Shown here: positions 59,772-64,000 of the stretch, piece after piece
Numbering within the stretch: position 1 is the first letter of the stretch
Layout: each line of letters opens with the position of its first letter
Origin: Candidatus Cloacimonadota bacterium
GTDB lineage: Bacteria; Cloacimonadota; Cloacimonadia; JGIOTU-2
Reading direction: 5' to 3'
NCBI GenBank assembly: GCA_049903315.1
Contig: JBNGBT010000001.1
Span: 160,001-224,000, forward strand
Length of the DNA: 64,000 nucleotides
The notes under the pieces: model-generated
Database searches by the model: none
What the model saw: the letters and a program-made list of their open reading frames with translations, nothing else
What the model was told of the DNA's origin: nothing
Position numbers and translations under genes: made by a program

Positions 59772-61751
59772 ATGATTCATAATACTATGAAACAGAAATT
59801 ATTGTTAGCTTATATTTCTTTCGTTTTTATTTTAGTAAATTGTTCTCTTTTTGCTCAAAGCTCAATGCATATATGGGATCAGAACGACGGGAGTCTTAGT
59901 GATGGTGCAATCCATGGACAGGTTTGGTCAAACATTGGAGGACCAATCAAAGATGCACTTGTTTTTGTATCCAATCCAGAACTTTCACATCTCTATGGTG
60001 ATGATGTGAGTGCTGGTGGTGATAATTGGGGTGATTATTGGGTAGGGCCTCTCCCTTCAAATACTAATCTAGTAGTCTTTGCATATCATCTAGAAAGACC
60101 ATTTATTCTTAAATCAGAAGAATTTAATTTAAATTATAATGAAAATCGCGAAATAGAGTTGGATCTATCAATAGATTATACAGATCCAGGTTTTATCACT
60201 ATGAATAGTGATTTCGTTAATTATGGAAATGGGGGGGTATTACACTTAGCAGGTTTTATTTTAAGAATGATAACATTACTTCAACAATCTCAAAATAATA
60301 CTACAGCTCAAGCTATTATTGAACAGTTAGAATCATTGCAAACAAATAATCAAACGTCGTATGCAAATCCTACCCTCGGTTTCATCCTCGACTCATCAGG
60401 GAGCATGAGTGATAATGATCTGAATGATATTAGAAAAACTGCACTGATCAATATTATCAAAGATAGACTAACGGGAAATGAACAGGTACATATTGTGGAT
60501 TTTGACTCAGATGCCCATGTCTGTAATAGTAAAATATCAGGTTGGTCTAAAGATGAGCTCATAAGCGCTGCAAAGACGATCGACTCATCCGGTGGTACCA
60601 ATGTAGAAGCAGGACTGGACGTCATGAGTGCGTCACTCACAAAGAGTGGTTTTTCAAATAATACAGGAGTGATGTTATTAACTGACGGAAAGGGGGAATA
60701 CAAAGACGCAGCACAGTGGTATATGAATAAGGGGATAAAGGTTTATACCGTAAGCTTTGTGGGAGATGCCGATGAGGTACTTCTCAGGAATATCGCTCAC
60801 CAGACAGGTGGTATTTACATGCGCGCTGATACCGCAGACCAGATATGCAATCTTTTTAATCTGTTTTACGATCTTCTCACTGGGAGCAGTATGTTTGCCT
60901 TTCATCAGGATCTTATCCATCAGGGTGATGTGCTTGATTATTATTTCCCAATTGATAATGTTGAAGGAGATCTGTATTTTGCTACAAACTGGTCAGGGAG
61001 CAAAGTCGATATGAAAATAATCTCACCGTCAGGTAATGTGTATACCGTAAATGATGGTAAGGGTTCATGGAATATTGGTGATAATTATGCTACAGCTTCG
61101 ATCCCATCCAAAGAGATCGGTAATTGGGAAGTACAGTTAATAGGTTCGCAGATACCCCAGCAGGGTGAAGAGGTAAGTCTCGAGGTGCATGGTAAATCTG
61201 ATCTCCTGTTCAATATTGACATGAACACTCATCAGGGATTTGTTGATTTTACTATAGTCAGCGCAATGCAACATCTTGTAGGGAATTATTCCGCAAATGT
61301 CACAGTAAAAACACCAAATGGAAAAGTGCTAGATATCTCAGATAAATTAAATGGGAACAAGCTGAACTATTTTCCAATTTCGGGCAAAGGAAGTTATCAG
61401 TTCAGTTTTCATATCCAGGGCAGCAGAAACGATGGTACTAAATTCCAGAGACAACTTACACGCTACTATTTTGCTGGGGAGCATGCAATACCATACATAT
61501 CACCAATTACATATATTCTCGGTAATTGTGTATATGCTGATATAGGTAAGGTCGTAGGTAACTCACCAGGTATAAAATGTTATATATATCGAGGTGATGT
61601 GAATAATTATCAAAATTGCATCGCAGAAGGTTATGTAATCAACTGTAAAGATCTTGAATGTACTGCTGAGATCGATTATTATCTTCAAAATACAAAAGCT
61701 CAGGTCGGTGATATCCTTAAGCTTGATGAGGATGACTGGAGAGCTGATTGA
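59772..61751 (+). CDS. Exported von Willebrand factor A domain protein
   Basis: Signal peptide; MIDAS LDSSGSM, GGTN, LLTDG, IA..TGG. Confidence 0.88.
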   Translation: MIHNTMKQKLLLAYISFVFILVNCSLFAQSSMHIWDQNDGSLSDGAIHGQVWSNIGGPIKDALVFVSNPELSHLYGDDVSAGGDNWGDYWVGPLPSNTNLVVFAYHLERPFILKSEEFNLNYNENREIELDLSIDYTDPGFITMNSDFVNYGNGGVLHLAGFILRMITLLQQSQNNTTAQAIIEQLESLQTNNQTSYANPTLGFILDSSGSMSDNDLNDIRKTALINIIKDRLTGNEQVHIVDFDSDAHVCNSKISGWSKDELISAAKTIDSSGGTNVEAGLDVMSASLTKSGFSNNTGVMLLTDGKGEYKDAAQWYMNKGIKVYTVSFVGDADEVLLRNIAHQTGGIYMRADTADQICNLFNLFYDLLTGSSMFAFHQDLIHQGDVLDYYFPIDNVEGDLYFATNWSGSKVDMKIISPSGNVYTVNDGKGSWNIGDNYATASIPSKEIGNWEVQLIGSQIPQQGEEVSLEVHGKSDLLFNIDMNTHQGFVDFTIVSAMQHLVGNYSANVTVKTPNGKVLDISDKLNGNKLNYFPISGKGSYQFSFHIQGSRNDGTKFQRQLTRYYFAGEHAIPYISPITYILGNCVYADIGKVVGNSPGIKCYIYRGDVNNYQNCIAEGYVINCKDLECTAEIDYYLQNTKAQVGDILKLDEDDWRAD

Positions 61752-61855
61752 ATGATGTTACGCTGTTGTATTTGTCTTAAATTACAGGATCTCTTAAATT
61801 CTTTGTCAGATATGAATTTGTTCAAACCAATTCCCCTAATTTATAAAGAAGGTTT

Positions 61856-62743
61856 ATGAAAAGGATTTTGATTTTAGAAGACAACGAAGAATTAGCAAAT
61901 TATTATTCCAGGTTGGTCTTAAAGGAGGGATTCAAGACTAAGCACGCCTTAAACAGTAATGAATTTTTTAAATTATATGATACTTTCTTACCATCTATCA
62001 TTTTACTGGATATAAAACTTAATAATAGTAAATTAAGTGGGCTCGAAGTTTTTGTGAAGCTGGTAAAAAGTGGTGATTTCAAAGCAAAAGTCATTGTTAT
62101 TTCGGGGGAAGCATCACGAAGTGAGATTGCTCATGCAATAAAGTTAGGTGCCCATACCTTTATCGAAAAAACTGGTGATTTCAATGTTGATAAATTCCTT
62201 TCTGATGTAAGAGCGGCATATCAACTAAAAAGACAGGAGGAAGCAACAGATAAACTACTGCAGGAGAAGAAAAATCTTAGGCATTCATTATTGTATCAAT
62301 ATCCATTTATCGGTCAATCAAATACAATTGAAAAAGTTAAAAAGAATATTAAGAAGTTTGCAGAAGCTGATGTTGATGTAATGATACTCGGAGATACTGG
62401 TACGAGTAAAGAAGTAGTTGTACATCATTTATATTATCATTCGAAAAGAGCTGGAAAACCATTTGTGAAGGTAAATGCTGGTGGTTTACCCGAGAGTATA
62501 GTAGACCTTGAGTTATTTGGACATAAAAAAGGATCTTTTACTGATGCAAGGTTTGATAAAAGAGAATACTTTGAACAAGCAAATGGAGGATATTTGTTTT
62601 TAGATGAAATAGCAAATATCACACTACCAATACAGGTAAAAATACTTCAGGCAATTGAAAATATTGATTATTACTTACAAAATACTATAGCCTAGATCGG
62701 TGACATACTTAAACTTGACGAGGATGATTGGAAGTCTGAATAA
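61856..62743 (+). pseudogene. Truncated NtrC-type sigma54 activator (REC + partial AAA+) fused to a vWA-paralog 3' remnant
   Basis: ILILEDN, LLDI, IEK (REC); Walker A GDTGTSKE lacks the Gly before Lys; ELFGH.KGSFTDA, FLDEI; no R-finger or HTH; tail is homologous to 61671-61751. Confidence 0.8.
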
Positions 62744-62759
62744 AAACTTCAGAGGATAG

Positions 62760-64000
62760 ATGAACAAAATGAGAAAATTATTAAAACCTGAATATTTTAT
62801 TATACTTGCTATCATTCTAACTGCTATTTACTTTATATCGAGCCCGTTTCGTTTTTATAAGGGTGGTGAGTTATATCGAACTGAATTTACTCGAATTGAA
62901 TCTGCAGAAGTTGGCATTGTTAATCGTAATAATCCAAGTGAATATTTCATTGCCCATAGAGCACGCACAGGATTTTATGCAGAATTTCATAATTTTGATG
63001 GTACAATTCAATCAATCCATGAAATTTCTGGTGCAGCCCTACGAAACATTGGGCATCCCTTTTCAACAAATTTATGGGTAGGGGATAAAGCTTATTTTTC
63101 AGGTTTACGGTCTCAAGAAGATTTAGTAATTTGGGAAGTTGATTTCAATACAAAAAAGGTTCAAGAACATTTTGTAAAGAACCTCAATATTTTAAGATCT
63201 TTACAGGATACAATGATCGTGAAGAACGGATTTGCTTTTTATAAACCAAAAATAAATACGCAAAATGATAAAAAAATTGATTTGTATTTTGATGGGGAAG
63301 GATACAGATTACTATTCTCAGAGTCAACAGGGGATTCAATCTATTCTTATTTTGATGTAGAATTTCTTGAGAATCATTATGCATATCTGAAAGTATCGGA
63401 GTATCTGAATAATTATCTCAAACCTGAGAAAAAATTCACTTTGTACGATGTATTTGAGATAATAAACTTTTTCAACAGAAATAATTTCTATGATAAAAAA
63501 TACTTTGCTCACATGGACTACGTATGTGCTCCTGTAAGTTATATTTTATTGCAGAATAGTTTCGATGCAAATAATGATGGTAATAAAGACCTTTTAATAA
63601 GAGTGAATTTTTCTAGATTTTGTAATGATATGCTGATATGTTATGATCTACATAATGAAAGAATTCTATGGGAAAGAAATGATTTTCATAATGTAAAAAA
63701 TGTTCAAATTCTTGATTTAGAAAATGACGGAGAAGATGAATTGCTTTTTAGTACCTATGCGCCATGTAACGAAATTCCGATAAATTTTCATGAGCTCAAC
63801 ACTAAATTTCGTAATAGAAGTTATTTTTGTATCTTAAGTGCTCAAGATGGAAGTATAAAAGAGATTAATGGTAAACAAGCTCTTATCAAATCCCCAAGAG
63901 GATTTTATGAATTTAGATTTATTCCAATTAAAGAAAAAAATAAGATATTGTTGGGATTAATGGCAAGATCAGATTTTGAAGTTAAGAAATTGCTTGAGTT
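62760..64000 (+). CDS. Membrane-anchored protein with FG-GAP-like Ca-binding motifs, partial (possibly a sensor kinase N-terminus)
   Basis: Absent from the ORF track; hand translation is open to the window end: MNKMRKLLKPEYFIILAIILTAIYFISSP...FDANNDGNKDLL...LDLENDGEDELLF; GAGGA RBS. Confidence 0.75.
   Translation, partial: MNKMRKLLKPEYFIILAIILTAIYFISSPFRFYKGGELYRTEFTRIESAEVGIVNRNNPSEYFIAHRARTGFYAEFHNFDGTIQSIHEISGAALRNIGHPFSTNLWVGDKAYFSGLRSQEDLVIWEVDFNTKKVQEHFVKNLNILRSLQDTMIVKNGFAFYKPKINTQNDKKIDLYFDGEGYRLLFSESTGDSIYSYFDVEFLENHYAYLKVSEYLNNYLKPEKKFTLYDVFEIINFFNRNNFYDKKYFAHMDYVCAPVSYILLQNSFDANNDGNKDLLIRVNFSRFCNDMLICYDLHNERILWERNDFHNVKNVQILDLENDGEDELLFSTYAPCNEIPINFHELNTKFRNRSYFCILSAQDGSIKEINGKQALIKSPRGFYEFRFIPIKEKNKILLGLMARSDFEVKKLLE

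Noticed and set aside
62693..62695. In-frame TAG as pyrrolysine or readthrough
   Set aside because: It aligns to CAG in the paralog within an already truncated gene; a simple nonsense mutation explains it, and no pyl genes are seen

Overview
Bacterial chromosomal window, probably from an anaerobic diderm of the FCB group. Cloacimonadota is an inference from the many proteins ending in an FlgD-Ig/T9SS-like sorting domain (N.PNPF...IYN.KGQ.V...W.G.D...GVYFY...KK). 1-10 kb: housekeeping genes (murJ, uvrC, purC, pgpA, murA, prmC). 10-28 kb: a secreted proteolysis cluster with a Kelch protein and three gingipain-family C25 proteases (Kgp-like, Rgp-like and a third type). An ArsR regulator fused to an apparently metal-ligand-less M29 aminopeptidase domain sits among them, and a secreted PPAD/agmatine-deiminase-family enzyme lies nearby. 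29-40 kb: CIRCE-controlled hsp20, grx-trxB-trxA, a 2Fe-2S subunit with ygfK, a RAYT transposase with four flanking REP hairpins, two non-canonical transcarbamylases and carbamate kinase. 40.5-64 kb: a visibly AT-richer block. Divergent sigma54 promoters with a mirror-symmetric array of palindromic sites precede a long Ser/Thr-signalling and surface-protein gene run (FHA proteins, PP2C, two kinases, YidD, PEGA, FN3/LamG lipoproteins, vWA). It ends in a truncated sigma54 activator fused to a vWA-paralog tail and an ORF that runs off the window. All family assignments are motif recognition by eye; no searches were run.
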